A DNA stretch of 64,000 nucleotides from a virus. Each line of letters opens with the position of its first letter. The first letter of the stretch is position 1. The position numbers and the translations under genes are program-made. This document shows, one piece after another, positions 49,489 through 59,968 of this stretch. Location of the stretch: IMG/VR virus record IMGVR_UViG_3300009593_002680; one strand, written 5' to 3'. The notes beneath the pieces are model-generated. The model saw only the letters and a program-made list of their open reading frames with translations. It ran no database searches and was not told where the DNA came from.

Positions 49489-49680
49489 ATGAAAATTAAA
49501 GATATCATAATTAATGAAACAGCATCAGTAGGAGGCATGAGTGCAGGAGCAGTTGCAACAGTAGTTAAGCCTATTGCTAATGATGTCCAACGTGTTGTTC
49601 AAAAACCTAAGAAACCTAAAAAGATAGGCAAAAAGAAACCAGGACCTAAAGGTAAAAAAAGTACTTTACTAAGGAGATAG
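49489..49680 (+). CDS. Small Lys-rich putative internal protein
   Basis: MKIKDIIINE|TAS...KPKKPKKIGKKK; late promoter at 49476. Confidence 0.65.
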   Translation: MKIKDIIINETASVGGMSAGAVATVVKPIANDVQRVVQKPKKPKKIGKKKPGPKGKKSTLLRR

Positions 49681-49681
49681 C

Positions 49682-49900
49682 ATGAGAATAGTTGTTTCTA
49701 AACATGGCCCAACGTTTTGCAGTTCTAAAGAGTTTCAGTTATTTGACAAACTTCGTCACGAAAAAGGTATATATGAATGTAACCTTTCTGAAAATGATAT
49801 ACACACATGTAATGAATTAAGACAAAGAGGTTTAGTTTTAAAAATTAATGATAATGGTCAAACAAAATACAAAGTCTACCCGCAAGAAGAGACTAACTAA
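49682..49900 (+). CDS. Hypothetical protein (possible winged helix)
   Basis: 72 aa; coupled. Confidence 0.5.
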   Translation: MRIVVSKHGPTFCSSKEFQLFDKLRHEKGIYECNLSENDIHTCNELRQRGLVLKINDNGQTKYKVYPQEETN

Positions 49901-50342
49901 AAAGCAGAAAGAAGCAATCGCTTCAAAATTAGAAAATACTGTAAAAGGTGTTAGCAAAAGAGGTTTATTTTTTAAATCAAAAGATAAATTTGGCGAATGG
50001 ACTATTGTAGATGGTAAAACAAAACAAGAAGTTTTTAAGAATATTATATTAGTAGAGTCTGCTAATATGATGCTTAAAACACTTAACAAAGCAAATCCTA
50101 AGCAATTACAAAAAATAATACCAAGTTTTCACGAAACACTATATGCATATCAACAACCAATATGGAAACATATGAATGATATATTCTTTTATAAGCACAC
50201 AATGAAAACCACTAAAGATACTACTTTATTCCATGCCACAGAGGCAAGAGTAGATATGTCATTAATGAAATTACGTCATAGTAGAGAAGAATTACACAGT
50301 AAATTAGACATAAATTCACTCCACGGCATACACCTAGCCTAA
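49848..50342 (+). CDS. Hypothetical protein
   Basis: 164 aa (start may be 49854). Confidence 0.55.
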   Translation: MIMVKQNTKSTRKKRLTKKQKEAIASKLENTVKGVSKRGLFFKSKDKFGEWTIVDGKTKQEVFKNIILVESANMMLKTLNKANPKQLQKIIPSFHETLYAYQQPIWKHMNDIFFYKHTMKTTKDTTLFHATEARVDMSLMKLRHSREELHSKLDINSLHGIHLA

Positions 50343-50421
50343 ACCCGTCCAAATAAAAACGCAAAATTTTTGCGATAATTGATAAATACAATTAACAAAT
50401 TATCATTATCGGGAAAATAAA

Positions 50422-51729
50422 ATGAAAATTAACAATTTTAACAAAACAGGTTTAGATAAGGTAAACGAATTAAATTCTTACCTTAAAGAAAACCATGGAG
50501 TTAAAGTAAGTGGCTTTCATCCTAAAGCAAGACTTGAAAAAGTCAGAGAACAGGCACAAGCACACGTTATTACTTTAAGAAACTCCAACAAACAATTTAA
50601 TTTAGATCCAGAATACGCAAAGTATTTAGGAGTAAAAGACGTCATAGACGTTATGCTTGAAGAAGGTCTATATGCAGACAGTCCTGCAGTTGCTGGCATG
50701 AAAGAAGAACTTTATGCTACAGTACAGAACTTAATGGACAGTGGCTATACAATGGACGAAGCAAGTAAAGAATGCATGAACAAATTCAGAAAAGATTCCC
50801 GATACGCATATGATGATGAATTTGTTTTACCGATTGTTTTAAAAGCCGCCAAAGACTATTTAGAAAGTTGCGGTAGCACTCATGAGTCGATTGAAGAAGC
50901 ACCTGCAATTAACGAGTTCCTTTTAAGAGAACTTGCTAAAGAATGTGGTGTTGCATTAGAAGACCAAACAAGTATGGTAGCAATAGAAGAAAAATTAAAC
51001 ATGTTTGCTGAAATTAGTGGCAAAAGCAGAGATGCAGTTGTTGAATTTTTAAATACTTTAGAAGAAGATTCTGTAAATGCTGGAATACAAATGTTTGGCA
51101 AGAAAGTTGCAGAACAAAATAAATTTACCGGTGCTAGAAAAGATGCTATTGCTAAAGGCGAAAATAACTTTGAAGTAGATGGTAAGCAATATAAAATCAC
51201 AGGTGATACTTCCGACGAAGAAGAACAAGTAGAAGAAAGTATGTTTGACGACATCATAGATGAAATGTTAGCAGAAGAAGTTAATGTTGAAGAAGCAGAA
51301 GTTATTATGGCGGCTAGAGCATTAGCAGATGATGTACAAGACATGATTGCTAGATTAGGTAAAATGGTAAATGAAGATTTACCTGCAATACAAGACCAAA
51401 TGAGAGCAGAACTAGGAGCAGAAGTTGCCGCTGGTTTCCAAGACTCAATGGTTAGTGCAGTTGATGGACATTTAGCACAAACTAAAGCAACAAAACAAAT
51501 GATGGACGATGCTATTGGAACGTTATCAGGCGAAGCACCTATGGATTCAGGTATGATGGCAGATGAGCCAATTGATGCACCTATGGACGTAGATGCTCCT
51601 GTTGATGCAGAAGTACCAGTAGATGACGCAATGGATGTAAATGATCCTGCGGCGGCTGGACCAGAAGAAGAGCCACTAGGTAGAGCACCTGTAGACGCAC
51701 CAGAGCCTAAAGACCCAGAAGGAGTCTAA
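50422..51729 (+). CDS. Prohead core/scaffold-like protein
   Basis: Late promoter at 50381; acidic helical protein with many xxE sites; Asp/Pro/Ala tail ending EEPLGR. Confidence 0.6.
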   Translation: MKINNFNKTGLDKVNELNSYLKENHGVKVSGFHPKARLEKVREQAQAHVITLRNSNKQFNLDPEYAKYLGVKDVIDVMLEEGLYADSPAVAGMKEELYATVQNLMDSGYTMDEASKECMNKFRKDSRYAYDDEFVLPIVLKAAKDYLESCGSTHESIEEAPAINEFLLRELAKECGVALEDQTSMVAIEEKLNMFAEISGKSRDAVVEFLNTLEEDSVNAGIQMFGKKVAEQNKFTGARKDAIAKGENNFEVDGKQYKITGDTSDEEEQVEESMFDDIIDEMLAEEVNVEEAEVIMAARALADDVQDMIARLGKMVNEDLPAIQDQMRAELGAEVAAGFQDSMVSAVDGHLAQTKATKQMMDDAIGTLSGEAPMDSGMMADEPIDAPMDVDAPVDAEVPVDDAMDVNDPAAAGPEEEPLGRAPVDAPEPKDPEGV

Positions 51730-51730
51730 A

Positions 51731-52087
51731 ATGCGAATACGTGACGTATTCCTATTAGAGGCATACTACGATGACTTGCAAGTTGCAATCATGGATAGGC
51801 TTACACAATACTTAGGCAAAGAAGTCAACGATATCCCAACAGATGAATTTAGAATGGCATTAGCAGATGATGGCTTTATGTTAAGTTTTGAAGAAATGAA
51901 AGCCGCAATGGAAGAAATGGGTGTAGTTGCTAACATAGGTCCTGACAGTATTACACCAAAAGGCAAAGTTCCAAATGACCTTGCAGAACCAGAAGGTGAA
52001 GAAGAATTTGCTGAACCAGAAGTAGACGTTGGCGATATGGCTGGCGACCAGGCAATGTCTGCCGTAAAAGACGAACTCCCACAATAA
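51731..52087 (+). CDS. Acidic putative head protein
   Basis: MRIRDVFLLE. Confidence 0.6.
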   Translation: MRIRDVFLLEAYYDDLQVAIMDRLTQYLGKEVNDIPTDEFRMALADDGFMLSFEEMKAAMEEMGVVANIGPDSITPKGKVPNDLAEPEGEEEFAEPEVDVGDMAGDQAMSAVKDELPQ

Positions 52088-52106
52088 ACTCCAAATAAAT
52101 ACTAGC

Positions 52107-52763
52107 ATGGAAATCCAATCTCTAATGGAGAATATTGTTAGTCGTGCTACCGTTTACGAAAGACATGTAGTACATACAGAATTTTTCACAGATACTTCAA
52201 ATACAATAGCATATGGACTTAATAGTCTTTGGCATCGAGATGTAGAATTAGATAGTTTTAATAGCGGATTTAATTTAGCAGTTGGATGCAGTCACACTTT
52301 TGGTATAGGCGTTAATAACCCTTGGCCCTCATATTTTGTAAACACATACAATGCAGGAGTACCTGGAGCAACTATTTTTGATATGATAGATATTGCATTT
52401 GCAATATATAAAGAAAAGCGATACAACAGATTAATGTTGTTTGCACCACATGGAGAAAGATTAGTAGTTTTTAAAGATGGTAAAGCAGAAGCACTTATGC
52501 CATATAGTGAAAGTTTTGATGACTTTAAAAACATTGACTTAGACACAAAAATGTACTATAATACAAGGTCAGTTAATCATTTATTAGATTTTTGTAAAAA
52601 TGAAAATATTGAACTGCAAATTTTTAATTATAATAGTATAGGATTTCTAAAGGAACATAAAAAGTTAATAGTAGACAAAGGCGCAGATGGCGTCCATTAT
52701 GGCGAAGAAACCCACAAAAATTTTGCAGGATTATTTAATGTTAAAAGAAAAGATACAATATAA
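52107..52763 (+). CDS. SGNH-like hypothetical protein
   Basis: GCSHTFG, NAGVPG, DGVHYG. Confidence 0.6.
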   Translation: MEIQSLMENIVSRATVYERHVVHTEFFTDTSNTIAYGLNSLWHRDVELDSFNSGFNLAVGCSHTFGIGVNNPWPSYFVNTYNAGVPGATIFDMIDIAFAIYKEKRYNRLMLFAPHGERLVVFKDGKAEALMPYSESFDDFKNIDLDTKMYYNTRSVNHLLDFCKNENIELQIFNYNSIGFLKEHKKLIVDKGADGVHYGEETHKNFAGLFNVKRKDTI

Positions 52764-53409
52764 AAAATTAGAAAGGGTTACAACTGCGGAAGGCAGAAAG
52801 TATGTTGGAGATGACAATGTACCTGTTCCAAGTGTAACTACAGTATTAGACAAAACATCTGATAAAACTGCTCTTATTGCCTGGCGTAAAAGAGTTGGCG
52901 AAGCAGAAGCAAACCGTGTTAGTAAAGAAAGTGCAGGGTTAGGTACTAAAGTACATGACGCATTAGAAAAACACATACTAGGTGAGGAAGTTACTTTTGG
53001 TAATAACATGGTTAGTGTTATGGCAAAAGACATGAGCGAACTTATGATTAAAGAAGGTTTTGCTAATGTAGATGAAGTTTGGGGTACTGAAATTGGATTA
53101 ATTGCACCAGGACTTTATGCAGGTACTACAGATTGTATTGGTATGCATAAAGGTGAAGAAGCAATTATAGATTTTAAAACTAGCAAAAAAATTAAAAAAG
53201 AGGAGTGGGTGCAAGACTACTTCTTACAATGTTGTGCATACGCAATGGCACACAATGAAATGTATAACACAAATATCAAGAAAGGTGTAATACTAATGGT
53301 CAGTAGGGATATAAAATTTAAAGAATATATTATAGAAGGTGCAAGATTTGAGATGTATTGCGACCTTTGGACCCAACGACTAGAAGAATATTATAGTAAG
53401 TTCGGATGA
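52738..53409 (+). CDS. PD-(D/E)xK exonuclease (RecB/Cas4-like family)
   Basis: PSVTTVL, GTKVH, YAGTTD, IIDFKTS, QCCAYA; start re-called at 52738. Confidence 0.88.
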   Translation: MLKEKIQYKKLERVTTAEGRKYVGDDNVPVPSVTTVLDKTSDKTALIAWRKRVGEAEANRVSKESAGLGTKVHDALEKHILGEEVTFGNNMVSVMAKDMSELMIKEGFANVDEVWGTEIGLIAPGLYAGTTDCIGMHKGEEAIIDFKTSKKIKKEEWVQDYFLQCCAYAMAHNEMYNTNIKKGVILMVSRDIKFKEYIIEGARFEMYCDLWTQRLEEYYSKFG

Positions 53410-54434
53410 TATCAAAACAAGTCAGAATACTTAATCCTGTAGACGGACAACTAACACTAGAAGATTTCGAGATTGTAGAAGTAGAAATACCTGAGTTACA
53501 ATCCGGTGAAATGTTAATAGAAAATTCTTATTGTAGTACAGATCCATATATTAGAACAACAATGGGGTCTAATGACACTACTGATCCATTTAATACATTA
53601 CCAAATAAACCTATTCAAGGTGATGCTGTTGGTACAGTAATTGAAAGCAAAAACTCTGAATTTCCTGTAGGCACAAAACTAATACATAGGCATGGTTGGA
53701 GAACGCATACTGTTCTAAGTAATTTAGATGATAACGACTACACGATGAAAATACCTGAAAATCATAAAATGCTAGATTATCTTTCTATATACGGATTAGT
53801 AGGTATTACAGCATATTATTCATTAACAAAAGTATTAAATCCAAACCCAGGTGATATAGTTGCTATTGATGGTGCTACAGGTGGAGTAGGACAAATGTTT
53901 ATTCAAATGGCTGTAGCAAAAGGAATAAATGTTTATGGTGTTACATCAACAGACGAAAAAGTAGATTACATAAACAGTATTGGTGGAACTGGAGTACTAG
54001 TAACAACACCAGGTGGACTAGCAAAAATAAACAAGATTTATAATAATACTTTCCTTGATGGTATAGATTACTACCATTCAAATGTATGTTCTGAAAGAAT
54101 GTTACTAGCACTATTAAAATTAAATCCACAAGGACATCTAGTATTATGTGGTGCTATGAAAACATATAATAAACCTGCATTTAAAGTTTTAGGTCCCAAT
54201 ATAACATCTATTGTTCATAAAGACGCACACATACATGGTTGCTCATGGAGATTTTCTATAGATGAATGGAGACAAGAATTCTTTGACTTTGTTGATGAAA
54301 ACTATGATAAACTTATACCTAAATACCAAATTTATGAAGGTATAGAGTCTATGCCACAGCAATATGTGGACCAATTCTTTGTTTATGACGAAGATTCTAA
54401 TAAAAAGTTCGGAAGGTCTATTACCCAACTATAA
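53406..54434 (+). CDS. NAD(P)-dependent MDR oxidoreductase (prostaglandin reductase/CurA-like, Zn-independent)
   Basis: STDPYIR, VGTVIES, GITAYYSL, GATGGVGQ, LCGA. Confidence 0.82.
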   Translation: MISKQVRILNPVDGQLTLEDFEIVEVEIPELQSGEMLIENSYCSTDPYIRTTMGSNDTTDPFNTLPNKPIQGDAVGTVIESKNSEFPVGTKLIHRHGWRTHTVLSNLDDNDYTMKIPENHKMLDYLSIYGLVGITAYYSLTKVLNPNPGDIVAIDGATGGVGQMFIQMAVAKGINVYGVTSTDEKVDYINSIGGTGVLVTTPGGLAKINKIYNNTFLDGIDYYHSNVCSERMLLALLKLNPQGHLVLCGAMKTYNKPAFKVLGPNITSIVHKDAHIHGCSWRFSIDEWRQEFFDFVDENYDKLIPKYQIYEGIESMPQQYVDQFFVYDEDSNKKFGRSITQL

Positions 54435-54498
54435 ATAGAACTCTACATTTCCGTTTAAATGATAAATACATACATAAACGTTATCGGAGTTAAATATA

Positions 54499-57162
54499 GT
54501 GTCACACCAAGACGATGCAAATTTAAAAGTTATTATAAGTAGGATTCAGCAAAGAAGAGGGCTGAAACAAGATTTACCACATCCATTGAGACCAGGTGAA
54601 ATTGGTTTCGCTACGGATAGTAGACAAGTTTATATTGGTGCAGATACAGATGATACTGTTAGTAAAACTTTTAACAAAACAGTATATTTAGAGAATACAT
54701 TAGGTGCTCAATCAACTTCATTAAATATTGCAAACACTCAAATTATTAAATTTGAAGTACCACACATTAGATTTGCTAAAGGTAGTAGTACATTTGATGG
54801 TGTAAGTAAAACTCAATCATGGTTTGCAAATACTTCTACAACATACAATTTATCAGATAACAGTAATGTTGCTAGAACAACTTTTGATGTTACAGTTGCT
54901 AATTCAGGGAATTCAGTAGTTAATCAAAACCAAACTGCAAAGGCATTTAATGCCGATGATGTAACAATTTTAATTGATGGCAAAAAACAAGTAGGTGATT
55001 CTAGTGGAACTGGTGCAACAGTAAATGCATCTTTTGATTATAATTTTGTAACAGGTAATGCTACAGGCGATAGTCATACAGTTTATTTTAGAACTGCTCC
55101 TACTAATGCAGAACAAGTAGCAATAACATATTATGGTAATACGCATGTTAATCATGCTATTGCAAATAGTGTTATAGCAAATGGTGCCACAGTAACTGGT
55201 TTCCATACACAAATGAGCATACCTGAATATAGGTATATTGATCCAGATTTAGTTTTAGTTAATCCAGAAGCAGGTTCAGGATGTATAGGTTTAGAAACTA
55301 AACACATAGATGTTGTTCAAGAAGGTTCCGGTGTTTCTAATGTAGCAAACTTAACATTAGGTAATATTGTTGCAGTTAAAGATCCACTTGATCCAGCATT
55401 ATATAGTCCAGATCCAGCAAATGCAAACGCACAAATTTATACAGGTATAAGCAACGTAAGTGCTACTAAGAGTGGTACAGTTCATGATGATGAACTAATT
55501 ACTTTTGATATGGGTGCTGATAGTGTTGCCTTTACAGCCTATGCAAATGCTAGTGGTGGATATAATGGTTATGTTTGGTTAGAAGGTCAATCAGGAACAG
55601 CAGTTGCAGGTAATACAACAATTGAAACGCAACATTACTTACATCAAAAACTTTTACCAATACAAGCAAATAGTGTTGGTACTACATTTACAATTTCAAC
55701 ACCAGCAAATACATTCCAAACTGCTAGAGCAGTAACAACAACTGGAAGTGGTACTATTACTGTAACAGGTAATGTTGAAGGATTAACAAATGGAGATAAA
55801 GTTAGATTTGCAGGAGCAAATGCAACAAACTTTACAAATGCTCCATATACTATTTCAAGTTTAAATGCAGGTGCAGGAACATTCCAAGTTACAGAAGCAG
55901 GACAAACTACTGCTATTGCAGGTAACTTAGACTTTATTAACCATGGTGGCAATGTTGCAAACGTGCAAATATTCAGTTTAAATCATGGTATCCCAACAAC
56001 ATCAAATGTAGTGTTTGATGTAGCAGTTGGTGGAGAAAGTGCTAATACAGAAGTTGAAACTGTAGGCGACCAAGATACTACAACAACTAATACATTCTTT
56101 GTTAGTGCGGCTAGTGTTACAGCAAACGCAACTGGTAACATGAGTCCATTTATAACAAACTTAACAACAGCAGACGGTTTAAGTATTAAAGAAGGATACC
56201 TATTAGACCTTTCAGGAACAACTACACTTAATGGTGCAATAGCAACATTAAACGGTAAACAAAAATGGATTAGAATGAGTTTGAAACCAGGCATTAATGA
56301 TGAAGCATACGTTTATAGTAATGACCAAACTCAATATAGATTATTTGATGATCCACAAAATGATGGTAACACATGGACAGCATTAGGATTAAATGAAGGA
56401 TACTTTACAAGAAAAGACCATACAATTAAATCAAAATTAGAAAAATGGTTTAAAAATCCAGTTGGAAACACTTCAGCAAATCCAGGTGTTTTAGGCGATG
56501 AGAAAGTTAATATACTTTCTAATGTGTTTATTAACCAACCATATAGTGATGAAACATTTGATACTTGGTTAGTTGATATAGATACAACAAACGGTGAAAT
56601 AGACTTTAACAGTAATGACGAAGCAGGACACTTTGCAGAAATAGTAAACAAATTATACTTCAATACATCAAATCCAGACAAACGTGGACTAACAACTGTT
56701 AAAACAAATATAGAATTATTAACAACTGCCGCTCAAGAAAGTGGGCAGTCAGTAAGTACATTTACTCAACCACAACAATTAACAATTGGTACAGGTAATG
56801 TAACACTTACAAATTTAGGATCGGATGCAAGTATATATGATACACTATATGTTGATTATTCACTTGTAGGTACAACACTAGATCCAAGTAATGCAAATGT
56901 ATCAAGATACTATAATAGAGTAGGAACTCTTATGTATCATGGTAACCCAAGTGCAGACGTACAAGCAAATGGTGTTGCAAATGGTGTTGTAACAATAAAC
57001 GATATTTCCACAGAAAACAAAGATGCTAACATTACTGGTAACTTAACCTTCTCAGCAAGTATGGCTAACGGTACTATTAGTATTGGATGTAACAATGACC
57101 TTACACCAACAACATCAAATGTTGTTATGAAGTACATTGTGCGTAGATGGAAATCACAGTAG
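54499..57162 (+). CDS. Tail fibre/virion structural protein
   Basis: ISRIQQRRG...LRPGEIGFATD..QVYIG (Mtd_N-like adaptor); Asn/Thr/Gly-rich beta body; GTG start; late promoter at 54461. Confidence 0.75.
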   Translation: MSHQDDANLKVIISRIQQRRGLKQDLPHPLRPGEIGFATDSRQVYIGADTDDTVSKTFNKTVYLENTLGAQSTSLNIANTQIIKFEVPHIRFAKGSSTFDGVSKTQSWFANTSTTYNLSDNSNVARTTFDVTVANSGNSVVNQNQTAKAFNADDVTILIDGKKQVGDSSGTGATVNASFDYNFVTGNATGDSHTVYFRTAPTNAEQVAITYYGNTHVNHAIANSVIANGATVTGFHTQMSIPEYRYIDPDLVLVNPEAGSGCIGLETKHIDVVQEGSGVSNVANLTLGNIVAVKDPLDPALYSPDPANANAQIYTGISNVSATKSGTVHDDELITFDMGADSVAFTAYANASGGYNGYVWLEGQSGTAVAGNTTIETQHYLHQKLLPIQANSVGTTFTISTPANTFQTARAVTTTGSGTITVTGNVEGLTNGDKVRFAGANATNFTNAPYTISSLNAGAGTFQVTEAGQTTAIAGNLDFINHGGNVANVQIFSLNHGIPTTSNVVFDVAVGGESANTEVETVGDQDTTTTNTFFVSAASVTANATGNMSPFITNLTTADGLSIKEGYLLDLSGTTTLNGAIATLNGKQKWIRMSLKPGINDEAYVYSNDQTQYRLFDDPQNDGNTWTALGLNEGYFTRKDHTIKSKLEKWFKNPVGNTSANPGVLGDEKVNILSNVFINQPYSDETFDTWLVDIDTTNGEIDFNSNDEAGHFAEIVNKLYFNTSNPDKRGLTTVKTNIELLTTAAQESGQSVSTFTQPQQLTIGTGNVTLTNLGSDASIYDTLYVDYSLVGTTLDPSNANVSRYYNRVGTLMYHGNPSADVQANGVANGVVTINDISTENKDANITGNLTFSASMANGTISIGCNNDLTPTTSNVVMKYIVRRWKSQ

Positions 57163-57172
57163 ACAGTAAACA

Positions 57173-57598
57173 ATGTTCGAAAAAACTAGCGATGTCACTC
57201 GTCGCTTAAACCAGTGGAGAGAACTTAGGCACTACGCAACAAGCGAAGAAGCAGTTCTTGAAGCATTTTCCCAAGTAAAAATACTACCTAGATACCTAGA
57301 TTATTGGAGCCCAAACGACTGGCCCAATGCATTTGAAATAATAGAACATGGTTACTTTTGTGCAACAGGAATAGCCATCCTTTTATACCAGACATTAGGT
57401 AATTTAAAATACCTAAATCAATACGAAACGTCCTGGAAAGTGATAAGTAATCATGTTACAGGAAATGATGGAGCGGTGTTTATACATAATGAAAAAGTGT
57501 ATAATTTAACTCCAGGTCAGACTAATAATTTAGATGATTTGGTTGCACTTTCTATCACTTTAAAAGATTTCAAAAATCTTCACATTCCTCTAATTTAA
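57173..57598 (+). CDS. Hypothetical protein
   Basis: WP..FEIIE.G.FC..G; 141 aa. Confidence 0.6.
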   Translation: MFEKTSDVTRRLNQWRELRHYATSEEAVLEAFSQVKILPRYLDYWSPNDWPNAFEIIEHGYFCATGIAILLYQTLGNLKYLNQYETSWKVISNHVTGNDGAVFIHNEKVYNLTPGQTNNLDDLVALSITLKDFKNLHIPLI

Positions 57599-57601
57599 CA
57601 C

Positions 57602-57630
57602 TTGACGTAATATGCTTTAGGTGTTATACT
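57602..57630 (+). promoter_or_regulatory. sigma70-like promoter for nrdAB
   Basis: TTGACG-17-TATACT. Confidence 0.7.
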
Positions 57631-57661
57631 ATCAAAAGAACAAACATAATAGGACAAACAC

Positions 57662-59968
57662 ATGCAGGTACAAAAAAGAGATGGACGACTTGAAGACTTA
57701 AACATAGACAAGTTGCACAAAGTCGTTATGTATGCTTGTGAAGATATCACTGGAGTAAGTGCATCACAAGTAGAGATAAATTCTCAAATTCAATTTTTCG
57801 ATAAAATAGTCACAGAAGATATTCAAGAAACTTTAATCAAAAGTGCCGCAGACCTTATAACGGAAGAAACCCCAAATTACCAATATGTAGCAGGTAGATT
57901 AATTAACTATCATTTGCGTAAAATGGTATATGGTGAGTTTGAGCCACCTTGTTTGTGCGATATTGTTCAGGATAATATTGATAAAGGATTTTATGATCCT
58001 GAGTTTGTTGAACTGTTTACTAAAGATGAAATTAATGAACTACAAAGTTTTATAGACCATAGCAGAGATGAGTATTTAACTTATGCGGCTATGGAACAAT
58101 TCCGTGGTAAGTATCTTGTACAAAACAGAGCAAGTGGTCAAATATTTGAAACACCACAAGTTGCATACATGATGATTGCGGCTACATTGTTTAGTAAGTA
58201 TCCTGCAGAAACAAGAATGTCTTATATTAAAAGATATTATGATGCTATCTCACGTTTTAAAATTTCTTTGCCTACACCAGTTATGGCAGGAGTAAGAACA
58301 CCTCAAAGACAATTTAGTAGTTGTGTATTAATAGAAGCAGATGATAGTTTAGATAGTATTAATGCAACTGCTAGTAGTATTGTTAAGTATGTAAGTCAAA
58401 AAGCAGGTATTGGTATAGGTGCAGGTAGAATTAGAGCAATAGGATCTAAAATTAGAAGCGGCGATGCAACACATACTGGAGTTATTCCTTTTTATAAATT
58501 ATTCCAATCAGCAGTTAAGTCTTGCAGTCAAGGTGGAGTAAGAGGCGGAGCGGCTACATTATATTATCCTATTTGGCATTTAGAAATTGAGGACATGTTA
58601 GTTCTTAAAAACAATAAAGGAACAGAAGATAATAGAGTACGTCATATGGATTATGGTGTACAGTTTAACAAACTTATGTACGAAAGATTATTAGAAGGCG
58701 GTGATATCACTTTATTCTCCCCACATGATGTACCAGAAGTATATGATGCTTTCTTTAATGACCAAGATAAGTTTAAAGAGTTATACGAAGCGGCAGAAAG
58801 AAAAACTAGTATTAGGAAAAAGACTATTTCAGCAGTAGAATTGTTTAGTAACTTTGTACAAGAAAGAAAAGATACAGGAAGAATTTATTTAATGAATGTT
58901 GACCATGCTAATACACATGGAGCATTTATAGAAGATATTGCACCTATTAAACAAAGTAATTTATGTTGTGAAATTAATTTACCTACTAAACCTTTAAGTG
59001 ATATAAATGACCCTGATGGTGAAATTAGCCTATGTACATTAAGTGCTGTTAATTGGGGTGCCATTAAGAGTTTAGACTCAATGGAAAATGTTTGTGATTT
59101 AGCAGTTAGAGGACTTGATGAATTGCTAGACTATCAGGAGTATCCTGTAGAAGCGGCAAGGCGTAGCACTATGAATAGACGTCCACTAGGTATTGGTATT
59201 ATTAACTTTGCATATTGGATGGCTAAAAATAGTAGTACATATCAAGAACCAAATTTAGAAATGGTAGACACATGGGCAGAAGCATGGAGTTACTATTTGA
59301 TTAAAGCAAGTGCCGACTTGGCAGTTGAAAAAGGTGCATGTCCATTAAGTAATGAAACAAAGTATGGACAAGGATTAACACCTAACCAAACATATAAGAA
59401 AGACGTTGACGAATTAGTTAAGCATCAAGAACGTGCAGATTGGAAAGCATTAAGAAAACAGTTAAAAGAAACAGGAATTAGAAATAGTACATTAATGGCA
59501 TTGATGCCAGCAGAAACTTCTGCACAAATTAGTAATAGCACTAATGGTATTGAACCACCTAGAAGTTATGTAAGTATCAAGCAAAGCAAACATGGAGTAC
59601 TAAAACAAGTTGTTCCAGGTTTCCCAAGGCTCAAAAACAAATATGATTTGTTATGGGACCAAAAGTCACCTGAAGGATATCTTAAGATTATGGCAGTCCT
59701 ACAAAAATATATAGACCAGGGTATTTCGGTAAATACATCTTACAATCCACAACACTTTGAAGATGAGAAAGTGCCTATGAGTTTGTTGTTACAACACCTT
59801 ATTATGTTTTATAAATATGGTGGCAAACAGTTGTATTACAATAACACTCATGATGGACAAGGTGAGATTGATATAAATCAAATGAATGCAGAAGCAAATG
59901 TTCCTACATTCATAGAGTCGAACGAAGCACTACTAGACGAGGACGATTGCGATAGTTGTAAGATATAA
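57662..59968 (+). CDS. nrdA: Class Ia ribonucleotide reductase alpha subunit with ATP cone
   Basis: VQKRDG ATP cone, SSCVL, SNLCCE, PAETSA, LYY. Confidence 0.98.
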   Translation: MQVQKRDGRLEDLNIDKLHKVVMYACEDITGVSASQVEINSQIQFFDKIVTEDIQETLIKSAADLITEETPNYQYVAGRLINYHLRKMVYGEFEPPCLCDIVQDNIDKGFYDPEFVELFTKDEINELQSFIDHSRDEYLTYAAMEQFRGKYLVQNRASGQIFETPQVAYMMIAATLFSKYPAETRMSYIKRYYDAISRFKISLPTPVMAGVRTPQRQFSSCVLIEADDSLDSINATASSIVKYVSQKAGIGIGAGRIRAIGSKIRSGDATHTGVIPFYKLFQSAVKSCSQGGVRGGAATLYYPIWHLEIEDMLVLKNNKGTEDNRVRHMDYGVQFNKLMYERLLEGGDITLFSPHDVPEVYDAFFNDQDKFKELYEAAERKTSIRKKTISAVELFSNFVQERKDTGRIYLMNVDHANTHGAFIEDIAPIKQSNLCCEINLPTKPLSDINDPDGEISLCTLSAVNWGAIKSLDSMENVCDLAVRGLDELLDYQEYPVEAARRSTMNRRPLGIGIINFAYWMAKNSSTYQEPNLEMVDTWAEAWSYYLIKASADLAVEKGACPLSNETKYGQGLTPNQTYKKDVDELVKHQERADWKALRKQLKETGIRNSTLMALMPAETSAQISNSTNGIEPPRSYVSIKQSKHGVLKQVVPGFPRLKNKYDLLWDQKSPEGYLKIMAVLQKYIDQGISVNTSYNPQHFEDEKVPMSLLLQHLIMFYKYGGKQLYYNNTHDGQGEIDINQMNAEANVPTFIESNEALLDEDDCDSCKI

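Noticed and set aside
52738-53409. Cas4 or CRISPR association
   Set aside because: No Fe-S cysteine set and no cas neighbours; ordinary phage PD-(D/E)xK exonuclease
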